Assembly (NCBI GenBank): GCA_035593605.1
Contig: DAOSWS010000005.1
Span: forward strand, 52,834-116,833
From: Thermoanaerobaculia bacterium
Lineage (GTDB): Bacteria > Acidobacteriota > Thermoanaerobaculia > UBA2201 > DAOSWS01
Direction: 5' to 3'
Length of the DNA stretch: 64,000 nt
Numbering within the stretch: the stretch's first letter is position 1; every line of letters begins with the position of its first letter. The position numbers were made by a program, and so were the translations under genes. This document shows, piece by piece, positions 1-9,808 of the stretch. Under the pieces are notes generated by a model. The model made no database searches and was not told where the DNA came from. It saw only the letters and a program-made list of their open reading frames with translations.

Positions 1-35
1 ATACTCCTTGTGAAATCTATTACAAGGAGGGGGTT

Positions 36-380
36 GTGAGACAACTTCGTTTTTTGCTGATTGTACTGATGGTGCTTGGTGTGGCCTTCGCGGGTCTGAC
101 CGCGGAAGGCGCAAAGTCCGGAAAGGAACTCTTCAAGTCAAAGTGCCGTGCATGCCATGGCAAGGAATCGAAAGATGGAGAGTTTACTCCGCTGACGTAC
201 ATCCAGGATCAGTGGACGCGGTTTTTCGAGAGGAAGTACACATCCAGGCATGATGGACTTCTCTTTCCCGATACCGATCAGAAGGTTCTGGATGTGGTGA
301 CCGAAGAGGAACTTCAAAAAATCAGGGAATTCCTCGTGGACCATGCCGCTGATTCCGAACAACCGGAAACCTGCGGCTAA
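36..380 (+). CDS. monoheme c-type cytochrome, secreted
   Basis: GTG start at 36 preceded by AAGGAGGGGG RBS (24-33). N-terminal signal peptide. Single CxxCH heme motif (CRACH). 114 aa. Confidence 0.7.
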   Translation: MRQLRFLLIVLMVLGVAFAGLTAEGAKSGKELFKSKCRACHGKESKDGEFTPLTYIQDQWTRFFERKYTSRHDGLLFPDTDQKVLDVVTEEELQKIREFLVDHAADSEQPETCG

Positions 381-413
381 ACCGACGCAATCAATACTGG
401 AGGATCAAATCAA

Positions 414-2060
414 ATGAAAACATGGATCATTCTATTTCTTTCTGCGCTGGTTCTTTCTGTCGGTCTGGTGCGGGCCGATGCTCCCACCTCCGACGAAATT
501 AAGAAGTTGAAAGATGAGATCGAAGATCTCGAGGATCGTCTCAACGAGGTCGAGAAGAAATCGGTCATGGATCGTTTAAGCTTTTATGGGGATTACCGCT
601 TTGAGGCTTCATCGATCGATGGTTCGGTTCCCGACCATTATGACGGCATGGTTCTTCAGAACCTGATGATCGGTACGATGTTTTACTACGGTGCCACGGG
701 CCAGTTTCCCATGGGAACCGGCGACGTGCAGAATTTTATCGCGACCAATTACGCGGACTGGCTCTATTTCACCAACAATCTGACCTTTGATCAGCTTTAC
801 TCCATGATGTCGCTGTTTCCTCCGGAGATGCAGCAGCAGCTCATGATGATGCTTCTTCCCGATGCCTACCGCCAGGGATACGATTACAGCAACGACATCA
901 TCTATACCAACCGTCTTCGCTTGAGCTTTAAAGCCGATGTCGCGAAAGATATTGAATTCTCGGGCCGCCTATCGATGTACAAGGCATGGGGGGATTCCAC
1001 CGGTGTGCAGGTTTTTAACGGTCAACCCACATCCATGAATATAGACGGCACGACAACGCAGGTACCCAACAGCGATATCCTCAGGGTCGAGCGGGCCTAT
1101 TTCAGTTGGAAAAATATCTTTGGGTCACCTCTCTATCTCTCCATCGGCCGTCGTCCCTCTTCCTCAGGCCCTCCGATGCATCTTCGTGAAGGTGAAATGA
1201 GAGGGGGGACCCCGCTGGGGCTGGCCGTGGAGTATCAATACGATGGTCTGACACTTGGTTATTCTTTTCTGGATCATCATTCCACATTCCGTCTTTGTTA
1301 CGGCGTAGGATTTGAATCGGGTTTCGGGCAGGCGGCGGAACTGAAGTCTCCCGCGGATCGTCTTGAGGACGTTCACATGGGGGGGATCAACTGGGATATT
1401 TATCAGGATGAATCGATGCTTGTCCAGACCACAATCATGCGTGCCTTTGACGTGACCGATGGGTTCAACGGACTGGTGGTAATGCCCGTGAATCCTCTGA
1501 CCGGTGAATCGGTCAATGCGCCGGTCGTTATGCGCTATACTCCATCCGCGAATCTCGGGAACATCGACCTTGCCGGATTCATGGTCCTGCGGCGGGACGG
1601 TCCCGTGGACTGGTTTATTAACTATGGATACATGAAGAGTCATCCTGATCCCATCACCACCCCCTTCGGCGGACTCTTCAGCGATCCCTTCGAAGTACCG
1701 GAGTCCCAGACCGGTCACGCGTACTATGCGGGCCTTCGATACAACTTTTCCAATGAAAAGACCATGCTTGGACTGGAATTCAACCACGGTTCCGAGTACT
1801 GGTTCAACTTCGCGCAGGGTGCTGACGATCTCGTTTCTCCCAAGCTTTCTACTCGAGGGGATGTTTACGAGGCTTATATCCTTCATCAGCCCAACAAGCA
1901 TGTTCTCTTGAAATTAGATTACATGCGCTACGATTACGACTATTCCGGTTCCGGCTGGCATGTGGGTGCCCCGAAGAAGCTGGATGAAACGCCGATCCTG
2001 GGATTTGCCACCTTTGATGAAGTGGATGTTCTTTCCTTCTCTCTGATCACCAGGTTCTGA
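414..2060 (+). CDS. outer-membrane beta-barrel (porin-like) protein with N-terminal coiled coil
   Basis: Signal peptide (MKTWIILFLSALVLSVGLVRA). Heptad coiled-coil segment (DEIKKLKDEIEDLEDRLNEVEKK). Long Gly/Tyr/aromatic-rich body ending in C-terminal Phe (…SLITRF), typical of OM beta-barrels. One Cys, no heme motif. Sits between two cytochrome c genes. Confidence 0.55.
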   Translation: MKTWIILFLSALVLSVGLVRADAPTSDEIKKLKDEIEDLEDRLNEVEKKSVMDRLSFYGDYRFEASSIDGSVPDHYDGMVLQNLMIGTMFYYGATGQFPMGTGDVQNFIATNYADWLYFTNNLTFDQLYSMMSLFPPEMQQQLMMMLLPDAYRQGYDYSNDIIYTNRLRLSFKADVAKDIEFSGRLSMYKAWGDSTGVQVFNGQPTSMNIDGTTTQVPNSDILRVERAYFSWKNIFGSPLYLSIGRRPSSSGPPMHLREGEMRGGTPLGLAVEYQYDGLTLGYSFLDHHSTFRLCYGVGFESGFGQAAELKSPADRLEDVHMGGINWDIYQDESMLVQTTIMRAFDVTDGFNGLVVMPVNPLTGESVNAPVVMRYTPSANLGNIDLAGFMVLRRDGPVDWFINYGYMKSHPDPITTPFGGLFSDPFEVPESQTGHAYYAGLRYNFSNEKTMLGLEFNHGSEYWFNFAQGADDLVSPKLSTRGDVYEAYILHQPNKHVLLKLDYMRYDYDYSGSGWHVGAPKKLDETPILGFATFDEVDVLSFSLITRF

Positions 2061-2067
2061 GGCTGTC

Positions 2068-3456
2068 ATGAAGCGAATTCCATTTCTTCTGGTGTTACTG
2101 GTTTTTACAGCCCTGCTGCCGGCTGGAACTCAATCGTACAGCCACCAGGAGTATTTCGAGCATTATGAAGGTACGCAGACCTGCCTGGAATGTCACAGGG
2201 CGGAAGCGGAAACCTTTTTCCACTCACAGCACTATCAGTGGAAGGGGGAGACCCCCAATCTCGTCAACTCCGGCGGGAAAAAGCTCGGCAAGATCAACAC
2301 GATGAACGATTTCTGCACGAACCCCTCGGGGACCTGGATCGGCAAATTCACCAATGCCGCGGGAAACGTGGTCTCCAGAGGATGCAGTCAGTGCCATGCC
2401 GGTCTTGGGCTCCTCCCTTCGGAGTCGATGTCGGAAAAACAGCTCCTCAACATCGATTGCCTGCAGTGTCATGCCATGGGCTACAGACGGGATGTCTATG
2501 AGGAAGAGAACGGCTGGGTCTGGAAACCCATTCTCTGGAACAACCCGGAGGGTCTCGATTCCGTTTCTAAACGCATTACTCTTCCCACCCGGGATATGTG
2601 CCTGCGGTGCCACGCGGGTGCGGGCGGCGGTCTCAATTACAAACGGGGAGACATCGAATATGCCATGAAAAAGGCCGACCGTTCCTATGACGTTCATCTG
2701 GGCAGCGGAATGGAATGCCTCGACTGTCACCGCGGAAAGGACCATCGCCTGATTGGAAGGGGTGCGGATCTCTCAGCCACCGATATGCCCGGTTATCGTC
2801 TGACATGTGATGAAGAGGGCTGTCACGTCAACCCGCCCCATCGTTCGGCCCAGATCAACGCTCACCTGAAACGGGTCAGCTGTACATCCTGTCATATCCC
2901 TGAATTTGCCAAGGTGGAAGAAACGGATCTATTTCGTGACTGGAGCAAAATTATCTACCACGAGGATCTCTCCAAGTATGAAGCGACGATGAAACACGGT
3001 CTCCACGTTCAGCCGGTCTATGCCTGGTGGAATGGAGACTCCACGGCGCAGTTTCTGGGGGATCCGGTAAAGTTGAAAGACGGCAAGATTCAGATGATGA
3101 TGCCGGTCGGATCCAGAAATGATCCCGGTTCCAAAATCTATGCCTTCAAAGCTCACGGTGCCATTCTTCCCGTGGAAAGAGAAACAAAGGTTCTACTCCC
3201 TATCAAAGTCACGACGGTTTTTACATCCGGCGATATTGATAAGGCCGTCCATGAGGGTGCGAAAGCCTTCTACGGGAAAGATATCAAGAACTATGACTGG
3301 GTGGAATCGATTCGGTACATGGGGCTGTTCCATGAAATCCCCAGAGCCGAAGAGGCACTGGAATGTCTGGACTGCCACGGTTCATCCGGTCGAATGGATT
3401 TTAAAGCGCTGGGATATGATGGAGATCCTCTCCTGAAAAAACTTACGCAGGAGTAG
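2068..3456 (+). CDS. multiheme (about 8 haem) c-type cytochrome
   Basis: Signal peptide. Heme motifs CLECH, CSQCH, CLQCH, CLRCH, CLDCH, CTSCH, CLDCH plus one CX4CH (CDEEGCH). 8-nt gap after the upstream porin-like gene, so same operon. Confidence 0.8.
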   Translation: MKRIPFLLVLLVFTALLPAGTQSYSHQEYFEHYEGTQTCLECHRAEAETFFHSQHYQWKGETPNLVNSGGKKLGKINTMNDFCTNPSGTWIGKFTNAAGNVVSRGCSQCHAGLGLLPSESMSEKQLLNIDCLQCHAMGYRRDVYEEENGWVWKPILWNNPEGLDSVSKRITLPTRDMCLRCHAGAGGGLNYKRGDIEYAMKKADRSYDVHLGSGMECLDCHRGKDHRLIGRGADLSATDMPGYRLTCDEEGCHVNPPHRSAQINAHLKRVSCTSCHIPEFAKVEETDLFRDWSKIIYHEDLSKYEATMKHGLHVQPVYAWWNGDSTAQFLGDPVKLKDGKIQMMMPVGSRNDPGSKIYAFKAHGAILPVERETKVLLPIKVTTVFTSGDIDKAVHEGAKAFYGKDIKNYDWVESIRYMGLFHEIPRAEEALECLDCHGSSGRMDFKALGYDGDPLLKKLTQE

Positions 3457-3522
3457 TCAATCCGAAAGAATTATCCAGATTTGCGTATCCATTTTCCCTC
3501 TATATGAAGTGATTTTATGATA

Positions 3523-3551
3523 AGCCCCGGGCAAGCCCGGGGCGTTTTTTC
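3523..3551. terminator. bidirectional rho-independent terminator
   Basis: GCCCCGGGC-AA-GCCCGGGGC perfect stem followed by TTTTTT on the + strand and an A/T-rich tract on the - strand. Lies between convergent gene ends 3456(+) and 3581(-). Confidence 0.75.
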
Positions 3552-3580
3552 ATACTGAAGGAGAAAATGCCTTACGGTTC

Positions 3581-5605
3581 TTACTTCACTACCTTCAGGG
3601 CCTCATCGGTCGCTTTCAGAATCGGTTGAGTTGAAATGGAAGCACCCACGGCATTCTTCATCCAGGCCTCGGGGATCAATCGGCCCGCCGCACACATGCG
3701 TGGCATCTCTTCTCCGAGGTTTTTTCCTTCCAGGTAATGGCTGATCTGAAACTCGATCAGCTGCCCCAGAGGATAGTCCGGGAGGTACATGGCTCCATCG
3801 ATCATGTGGGAGTAAATAGCCAGGATCGGTTCATCTTTTACGCCGAATATGTCGGAGTAATACTGATTCCAGACATCTTTGGCGATGGAAAGAACAGCTT
3901 CCCGAAGCTGGGCAGGTGTCGCACCGGGGTGGTCGTAGAGCCAGTGCCAGACCTTCATGTCCACCAGGGATACCCCCATGATTTCATAAGCGGCCCAGAC
4001 CTTGTCGAGGGTCTCCAGGTACTTCGCATTCGGATCGTCGACGTTGATGCCGAGAACCTGCAGATCCTTACCCTGAAAGACGAAGGCAAAGGCCTCGGTG
4101 AAGGCTGTATTGGGTACACCGCGTAGTTCATAGTAGTCCACATCGTGAAGCGTCAGGGTCTGCTCGACGTTGTGACCCAGCTCATGCATGGCAATGTTGA
4201 AACCCTTATAGTTCATCCCATCCTTTGGTACACGTGTCCGCAGGCGGGATTTTTCACTCTTCATTTCCGCACCCCAGGCGTGGCCGGCTCCCCGGGCGGG
4301 ATCGACGGCGATTTTCGATGCGATAAAGGAAGCTTTTCCCTTTTCAAAGCCGAGGGATGTGAGGATGTTTGGAATATCCTTTTCAAAGGCTGCGAGGGTC
4401 GGATATCGCGCTTTTACCTTCTTATCCAGGAGATCCTCCGAAATGGTGCTTCGCGATTTAAACCCGTCATACCAGATGTCAAAGGGTTCAAGATTCCTTC
4501 CCAGCCTTTTCTGGATGAGGGCACCGACCCTTCGTATCTCGGGGGAGGACATGAGATCGGTGAAGAGCTTTTCCACGGTTGCCTCGGGAATTTCCCGGTC
4601 CTGCTCAAAGCGCCGTGCAATGTGGGTCGGCAGGGTGGGGTAGTAGGGATCCAGGAGCCGCATGGCCTGATAAGTGGAGAGGAAGTGGCCGTACCGGGTG
4701 TCGGGCTCCCGTTCCGCAGTGGAAGGTTTTCCGTCCTTGAAGAGGGTATTGGAATAGGGAGCCCAGGTATCGTCCTCGTTGTTAATAACGGAGGCCGGGA
4801 TTTCCTGCTGGATGATCCGTTTCATGACCTGGTAGATCATCTTTTGCCGGGCGAGACCCTTATCGTCGGCATACTGGGCTTTCAGCTCATCTCTTAGGCC
4901 CCAGTGGGAGATCAGTTTCAGATCCGCCGGAAAGAGAGATTTACCGTCTTCGGTCCGGAGGTTCCCCATGTAGATGTTGTAGTCCGCAATATAGGTGTCC
5001 GCGTCTGTCGTGACCTGGGAGATCTTCTGGTAGACCTCGGCGGGTACCCGGGATATATACTCGTCCCCGACACGGGCATAGGCCCAGTCCAATCGTGACC
5101 ATTTGGGATACGTTTCAGATTTTTCCTCCAGGGTCATGAAGGGAAAGTTGAGAACGACCATAAAGGCAATCTTGTTCTGGAAAAGATCCTCGGTCAGATG
5201 GGCGGCCGGGTTGTACTGGCCGAAGAGCATATCGATCGGAAGGATGTCTCCCGTATCCAGATGAAGAGGGATCTTAAGATCGAGAAGCATCTTGTTAAAG
5301 TGGCCGCTCAGGACCTCCTCATGCTGCTGAAGGTGGAGGAAAGTCTGTTTCAGCTGATCTTTATCGCCGATGAAATTTTCCGAACAGAAGGTTACAAAAT
5401 CATCAGGAGTTCCATCCTGCTCCCGCCAGAGGGCCGCCACACCCTTCACTCCCTTTTGGATGCGCGCCGATTCTGCAGGGAAATGACTTACAATCGTGTT
5501 CATGGCGCGCAGAATCGTTGCGTCATCCACGGCGGAAGGCCCTCCGAAGAGAGGAATCCAGGTCAGCGTAACGAGTAGAGAGACAATGAACATGGTTCGA
5601 AACAT
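3581..5605 (-). CDS. secreted zinc metallopeptidase (gluzincin; M2/M3-like dipeptidyl carboxypeptidase)
   Basis: Signal peptide. HELGH zinc-binding motif with a Glu about 24 residues downstream (…TEAFAF), the spacing seen in ACE-like M2/M3 peptidases. 674 aa. Confidence 0.55.
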   Translation of the reverse strand: MFRTMFIVSLLVTLTWIPLFGGPSAVDDATILRAMNTIVSHFPAESARIQKGVKGVAALWREQDGTPDDFVTFCSENFIGDKDQLKQTFLHLQQHEEVLSGHFNKMLLDLKIPLHLDTGDILPIDMLFGQYNPAAHLTEDLFQNKIAFMVVLNFPFMTLEEKSETYPKWSRLDWAYARVGDEYISRVPAEVYQKISQVTTDADTYIADYNIYMGNLRTEDGKSLFPADLKLISHWGLRDELKAQYADDKGLARQKMIYQVMKRIIQQEIPASVINNEDDTWAPYSNTLFKDGKPSTAEREPDTRYGHFLSTYQAMRLLDPYYPTLPTHIARRFEQDREIPEATVEKLFTDLMSSPEIRRVGALIQKRLGRNLEPFDIWYDGFKSRSTISEDLLDKKVKARYPTLAAFEKDIPNILTSLGFEKGKASFIASKIAVDPARGAGHAWGAEMKSEKSRLRTRVPKDGMNYKGFNIAMHELGHNVEQTLTLHDVDYYELRGVPNTAFTEAFAFVFQGKDLQVLGINVDDPNAKYLETLDKVWAAYEIMGVSLVDMKVWHWLYDHPGATPAQLREAVLSIAKDVWNQYYSDIFGVKDEPILAIYSHMIDGAMYLPDYPLGQLIEFQISHYLEGKNLGEEMPRMCAAGRLIPEAWMKNAVGASISTQPILKATDEALKVVK

Positions 5606-5683
5606 GGGTCACCTCGAAAATTGGGTTCATTCGTGCGAGTCGATGCATACCGTTCACTCAGAAATACGATGGAATCGTCCTCC

Positions 5684-8600
5684 CTAAAATACGGGTCCGG
5701 GATTCGCCGCCACTTCCGTAAGGAGAACGTCGACCGCTTTATCCACCTGCAGATCCTTGTGATCCTTACCCCAGATTTCAGGAGGGTTCACTACGATGTA
5801 GTCGGGAACCGCCCCGTGGTCCTCCATGTTGATCCGGTCCTTGTATGTGTACCAGCCCCGTGTGGGGATCCGGAAATAGGAGCCGTCGAGCAGGGCTGTG
5901 CCGTCGGTGGAGATGACGGAGCCGTTGGTTTCGACACCGACGAGTTTGGCAAGTCCCAGGGTTTTGATTGCGTGGGAAAAGATCTCCGCGTTGGAAAAGC
6001 TGTCCTGGTTGCAGAGAACGATAAAGGGTTTTTTCCAGGTAAATATTTGTTTGCGTTCGATGTCAGGGTATCCCTTCCCGCCGCCGCGGGGAATCGTTAC
6101 GGCATGGGGTTTCTGAGCCAGATGGTTTAATACCAGATCGGTTGTCCATCCACCGCCGTTATTTCGCACGTCGATCAGGATTCCGTCCTTGTCATAGGCT
6201 TCCGCATAGAGCTCGGCGCTGAAAAGGTCAAGATTATCCTGGTCCATGTAACGCATGGCGATATATCCAAGTTTCCCGCCGGATTTATCATGGACGTAGG
6301 CTCTCATCTGGTCGACGTAGTCCTGAAAGAGAAGTTCACGCAGAGCACCGGAGGAAATCGGGATGAATGCCATCATGAGTTCTTTCCCGTCCCGCTGAAC
6401 GCCAAGGGCCACTCTCTGCCCGGCTGTTCCCTGGAAGGGATGGAAGAAATTGTCTTCGGCTGTGAAGGTGTGATCGTTGACTGAGGTGATTACGTCACCG
6501 GCCTTCAGGGGGGATACGGGATCATCTGCCGGAGATTTGGGAAGGACGCGAAGAATTTTGAACCCGGCACCCGAATACGCTGGATCAAGGTCGATCCCCA
6601 GATATCCAGTCCCGGGATAGGGACTGTCGTCATCCGGCGGATAGATACCCAGATGGGAAGCGTTAAGTTCCCCCAGCATATGCAGCATGACGGTGTCGAA
6701 GTCCCTTCGAGCCACGGCCTGTCGTGCCAGGGGAAGGTACTTCTCCAGCATCGCCTTCCAGTCCACACCGTGGAATTTTGGATCATAAAACCAGTTATTC
6801 AGAATCGACCAGCCCTCTTTGAACACTTCAGCCCGTTCTTCGGGAAGGTCGATCATCATTCCCGCTTTGAACGCGATCGATTCGTTTTTGGAACCGTCTG
6901 CGGAGATCTTGTTGATGGATCCGCCCTTGGCGAGAAAGTAGATGAAGCTGCCGTCCTTCGTGAAGGCCAGGTGAGACGGCTCTTTTCCTCCGTCGGTGAG
7001 TTTTTTCTCGTTCTTTCCGGTCCGGTCGATGATGTATAAATCCTTCTTGCCGTCGTTGTCGGAAACGTAGGCAATCTTTTTGCTGTCGGAAGAGATCGCA
7101 ATGTCCGTCTCTTCGCCGGGAGTTTCGGTCAGCCGACGAACGCGTTTCCAGATATCGTCTTTGTCTATCTTCACTGTGACAGCGGGTTTTTCATCTTTCT
7201 TTTCCTTATCTTTATCCTTGTCTTTTTTCTTCTTGTCCGTTCCCTTTTCGTCGTCTTCTTTGGCAGGTTTGGACTTGGCGGCTTCTTCTTCATCCAGCCT
7301 CTGTTCTTCCGTCTTGATGTCTTCTTCCTTCGTCAGCCAGACGTAGAAGACATCGTATTTATAGCCATAGCGGTTTGAGATGAAAGCAAGGTACTTTCCG
7401 TCGGGGGACCATCGGGGTCTGGAGTCGTACGCGGGATGGCGGGTCAGGTTGAAGGGGGTTCCATCTCCCTCGACCGGAAGGATGAAGATATCTTCATTAA
7501 AATCATTGTCTTCACGTGAAAAGGCGATGAACTTTCCATCGGGAGACCACGAGAAGGTTTTCACGTTCCAGCCGTCGACGAGGCGCCGCTTGTTGGCTCC
7601 GTCCTTCCCCATCACCCAGAGTTCTCCCGTACCCACAACGTAGAGGATCTTCTCCCCATCGGGGGAAAGGAGAAAGGAATGGTCGTCGTGGTCTTCCTCG
7701 GTAAGCGCTGTGGTTTTCGTCTTCAGGGCGTAGGCCAGGCGGGGTTCTTTGGGATCATCCGAGGTCATGGCGTAGATGTTCTGGGAGCCCTCACGGTCCG
7801 AAACGAAGTAAAGGGTCTTTTCATCCGGGGAGAAGGCGACATCATCATCCCGGGTGGATGACGCGGTCAGGCGCTGGGTCTTCGCGTCTTCGAGTAGTCG
7901 TTCTGCAAAGATATCACCCCTCACGCTGAGTGCGATCTGTGTTCCTTCTTCTCCAATCGCAAAGGAAGAGGCCTCCGATGTGAAGGTTTTGTAGATCTGC
8001 GGATTTTCTCCCGGATCTCTTCCTACCGTGACGTTCAGGGGGCGGGTCTCTCCGGAAGCCGTGTCGAAGAGGTGGATCCCCCCTTCGTATTCATATGCGA
8101 TGAGTGAGCCATTTCGCGCGATCCGGGGAAAGGTGATATCCCCCGTTGTATAAAAAGTTTTCTGTGTTGTGGTTCCTGACGCGAGATCCACAAACCATAG
8201 GTTGGACACGCGGTCGTGGTCGCTGATGTAATAGAACCCGGAGCCGTCAGGAAGCCACATGGCATGGACATCATCACCCTTCCAATCGGTAATTCGACGG
8301 TGGGTACCCGCGGATCGGTCCCACATAAAGATGTCCATCTGTGCAGCCCCCATGTATCCCTTGGTGAAGTAGTAATTGGTTCGGGGTACATAGGTGATGG
8401 TGGAGGAGGTCGGCCCATAGGTGGCATAGGCTCCGAAGTCCTGGAGAATTCGAAACGGAGTCCCGCCCCGGACATCGACTTCATAGAGGCTGGGCTGCCA
8501 GTGGTATCCGAAATCTCTCCAGGCATAAAAGAGCAGGTTCTTTCCGTCCGGAGACCAGTCGCAAAGCAGATCACGTGAAGAAGCAAAGGTGTGACGCTTC

Positions 8601-8884
8601 AGCTCCAGGCCTTCCCTGCTGATGGAGAAGAGATCGTCGTTCCCATAGCGATCGGATGAGAAAGCCAGGCGGGAACCGTCCGGGGACCATACGGGATTTG
8701 AATCGTACCCCGGGTTGGACGTCAGACGGACCGCCGTTCCACCTGCCGCATCCACGATCCAGAGATCACCCCGTGCGGAAAAGGCGATGGCCGTACCGTC
8801 GGGTGAGGGTGCGGGGAATCGAAGGTAGTCCGCGTAAGTTGCGGTAGAGAGAAATAGAATCACCAATGCCCTGAGTACATTCAT
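5684..8884 (-). CDS. tricorn protease homolog (beta-propeller + PDZ + S41 C-terminal peptidase domain)
   Basis: N-terminal signal peptide. Repeated TolB-like 'SPDG(K/S)…' propeller blades. PDZ-like segment (…GDVITSVN…). C-terminal S41/tail-specific protease domain. 1066 aa. Contains an atypical Lys/Asp/Glu-rich low-complexity insert. Confidence 0.8.
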   Translation of the reverse strand: MNVLRALVILFLSTATYADYLRFPAPSPDGTAIAFSARGDLWIVDAAGGTAVRLTSNPGYDSNPVWSPDGSRLAFSSDRYGNDDLFSISREGLELKRHTFASSRDLLCDWSPDGKNLLFYAWRDFGYHWQPSLYEVDVRGGTPFRILQDFGAYATYGPTSSTITYVPRTNYYFTKGYMGAAQMDIFMWDRSAGTHRRITDWKGDDVHAMWLPDGSGFYYISDHDRVSNLWFVDLASGTTTQKTFYTTGDITFPRIARNGSLIAYEYEGGIHLFDTASGETRPLNVTVGRDPGENPQIYKTFTSEASSFAIGEEGTQIALSVRGDIFAERLLEDAKTQRLTASSTRDDDVAFSPDEKTLYFVSDREGSQNIYAMTSDDPKEPRLAYALKTKTTALTEEDHDDHSFLLSPDGEKILYVVGTGELWVMGKDGANKRRLVDGWNVKTFSWSPDGKFIAFSREDNDFNEDIFILPVEGDGTPFNLTRHPAYDSRPRWSPDGKYLAFISNRYGYKYDVFYVWLTKEEDIKTEEQRLDEEEAAKSKPAKEDDEKGTDKKKKDKDKDKEKKDEKPAVTVKIDKDDIWKRVRRLTETPGEETDIAISSDSKKIAYVSDNDGKKDLYIIDRTGKNEKKLTDGGKEPSHLAFTKDGSFIYFLAKGGSINKISADGSKNESIAFKAGMMIDLPEERAEVFKEGWSILNNWFYDPKFHGVDWKAMLEKYLPLARQAVARRDFDTVMLHMLGELNASHLGIYPPDDDSPYPGTGYLGIDLDPAYSGAGFKILRVLPKSPADDPVSPLKAGDVITSVNDHTFTAEDNFFHPFQGTAGQRVALGVQRDGKELMMAFIPISSGALRELLFQDYVDQMRAYVHDKSGGKLGYIAMRYMDQDNLDLFSAELYAEAYDKDGILIDVRNNGGGWTTDLVLNHLAQKPHAVTIPRGGGKGYPDIERKQIFTWKKPFIVLCNQDSFSNAEIFSHAIKTLGLAKLVGVETNGSVISTDGTALLDGSYFRIPTRGWYTYKDRINMEDHGAVPDYIVVNPPEIWGKDHKDLQVDKAVDVLLTEVAANPGPVF

Positions 8885-8976
8885 GCAAAACCTCCTCTTT
8901 CAGGGAGTCGTCGACTCCTTCTGTTCAGGGTTATACGTTGAATAGGGGGCCGGGGTTCCGGCCACAGGATCGTCAA

Positions 8977-9558
8977 CTATTGTGTAGCTGCCGCCTTTTT
9001 GGACACCGTTACCTTCTTGATGATGACCTGCTCCACGGGCCAGTCACTGTGGGGGCCATGGTTCCCGGTCTTCACCTTGGCGATCTTGTCCACGACGTCC
9101 ATGCCCTCGACGACCTTACCGAAGGCCGCGTAGCCCCAGGTTCGTCCCGAGTCTTTGGACTTATGGTTCAGAAAGGTGTTGTCCACCAGGTTGATAAAAA
9201 ACTGGCTCGTGGCGCTGTGAGGGTCATTGGTGCGAGCCATGGCGATCGTACCCCGGGCATTGGAAACACCATTGTCGGCTTCGTTTTTAATCGGAGCATG
9301 GTTTTCCTTTTCGACGCCCTTCAGGTCGAATCCGCCGCCCTGAATCATGAATCCATCGATGACACGATGGAAGATCGTATTATCGTAAAAGCCCTCCTTC
9401 GCATAGGTAAGGAAGTTCTTCACCGTTTCGGGAGCTTTATCGGGGTAGAGTTCGATGACGATGGTGCCCATACTGGTCTCCAGCGAAACTTTCGGGTTCT
9501 CGGCAAAGACGGCTCCGGCGACGAGAGAAAAGGCGAGGAGAAGCAGAAATACTTTCAT
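8977..9558 (-). CDS. ppiA: peptidyl-prolyl cis-trans isomerase, cyclophilin type (periplasmic)
   Basis: Signal peptide. Cyclophilin signature [15 protein letters not shown]. 193 aa. Confidence 0.9.
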   Translation of the reverse strand: MKVFLLLLAFSLVAGAVFAENPKVSLETSMGTIVIELYPDKAPETVKNFLTYAKEGFYDNTIFHRVIDGFMIQGGGFDLKGVEKENHAPIKNEADNGVSNARGTIAMARTNDPHSATSQFFINLVDNTFLNHKSKDSGRTWGYAAFGKVVEGMDVVDKIAKVKTGNHGPHSDWPVEQVIIKKVTVSKKAAATQ

Positions 9559-9808
9559 GATGACCTCCAGAAATAGTGGATGGGGAATAGTGTATCACTT
9601 GTTGCCTGCAGGGGGAAGAAAGGAATGGTGTCCGACTGTTCTGTGGGGGAAATACCTGGACTATTTTTAGAACTGGCGGCAATCCTTTCAAGATTTGTCA
9701 ACATTCAGTTTCCGACCCCGTTCTCTACTCAGACCCTTCTACAAGGATTAACCTTCCTCACCTGACAGTTCCACAGTCATAGCGAATGTTCCTGAGAATT
9801 GCTGACGG

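Noticed and set aside
1164-1901. 245-aa minus-strand ORF inside the OM barrel gene, and 2224-2745 minus-strand ORF inside the multiheme cytochrome gene
   Set aside because: Antisense ORFs within genes that have strong intrinsic evidence (beta-barrel terminus, multiple CxxCH).
4145-4897. 250-aa plus-strand ORF inside the metallopeptidase gene
   Set aside because: Antisense to a gene carrying a clear HEXXH…E motif and signal peptide. No RBS and a composition-driven open frame.
8946-8963. GGCCGG-GGTT-CCGGCC hairpin 3' of ppiA as a terminator
   Set aside because: The stem is short and is not followed by a U-tract on the relevant strand. It is too weak to call.
9559-9808. tRNA or small RNA in intergenic regions (9559-9808, 18320-18606, 33380-33521, 58510-58904)
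   Set aside because: No cloverleaf-compatible sequence or GTTC(G/A)A T-loop box was found by eye. I cannot run tRNAscan or Infernal.
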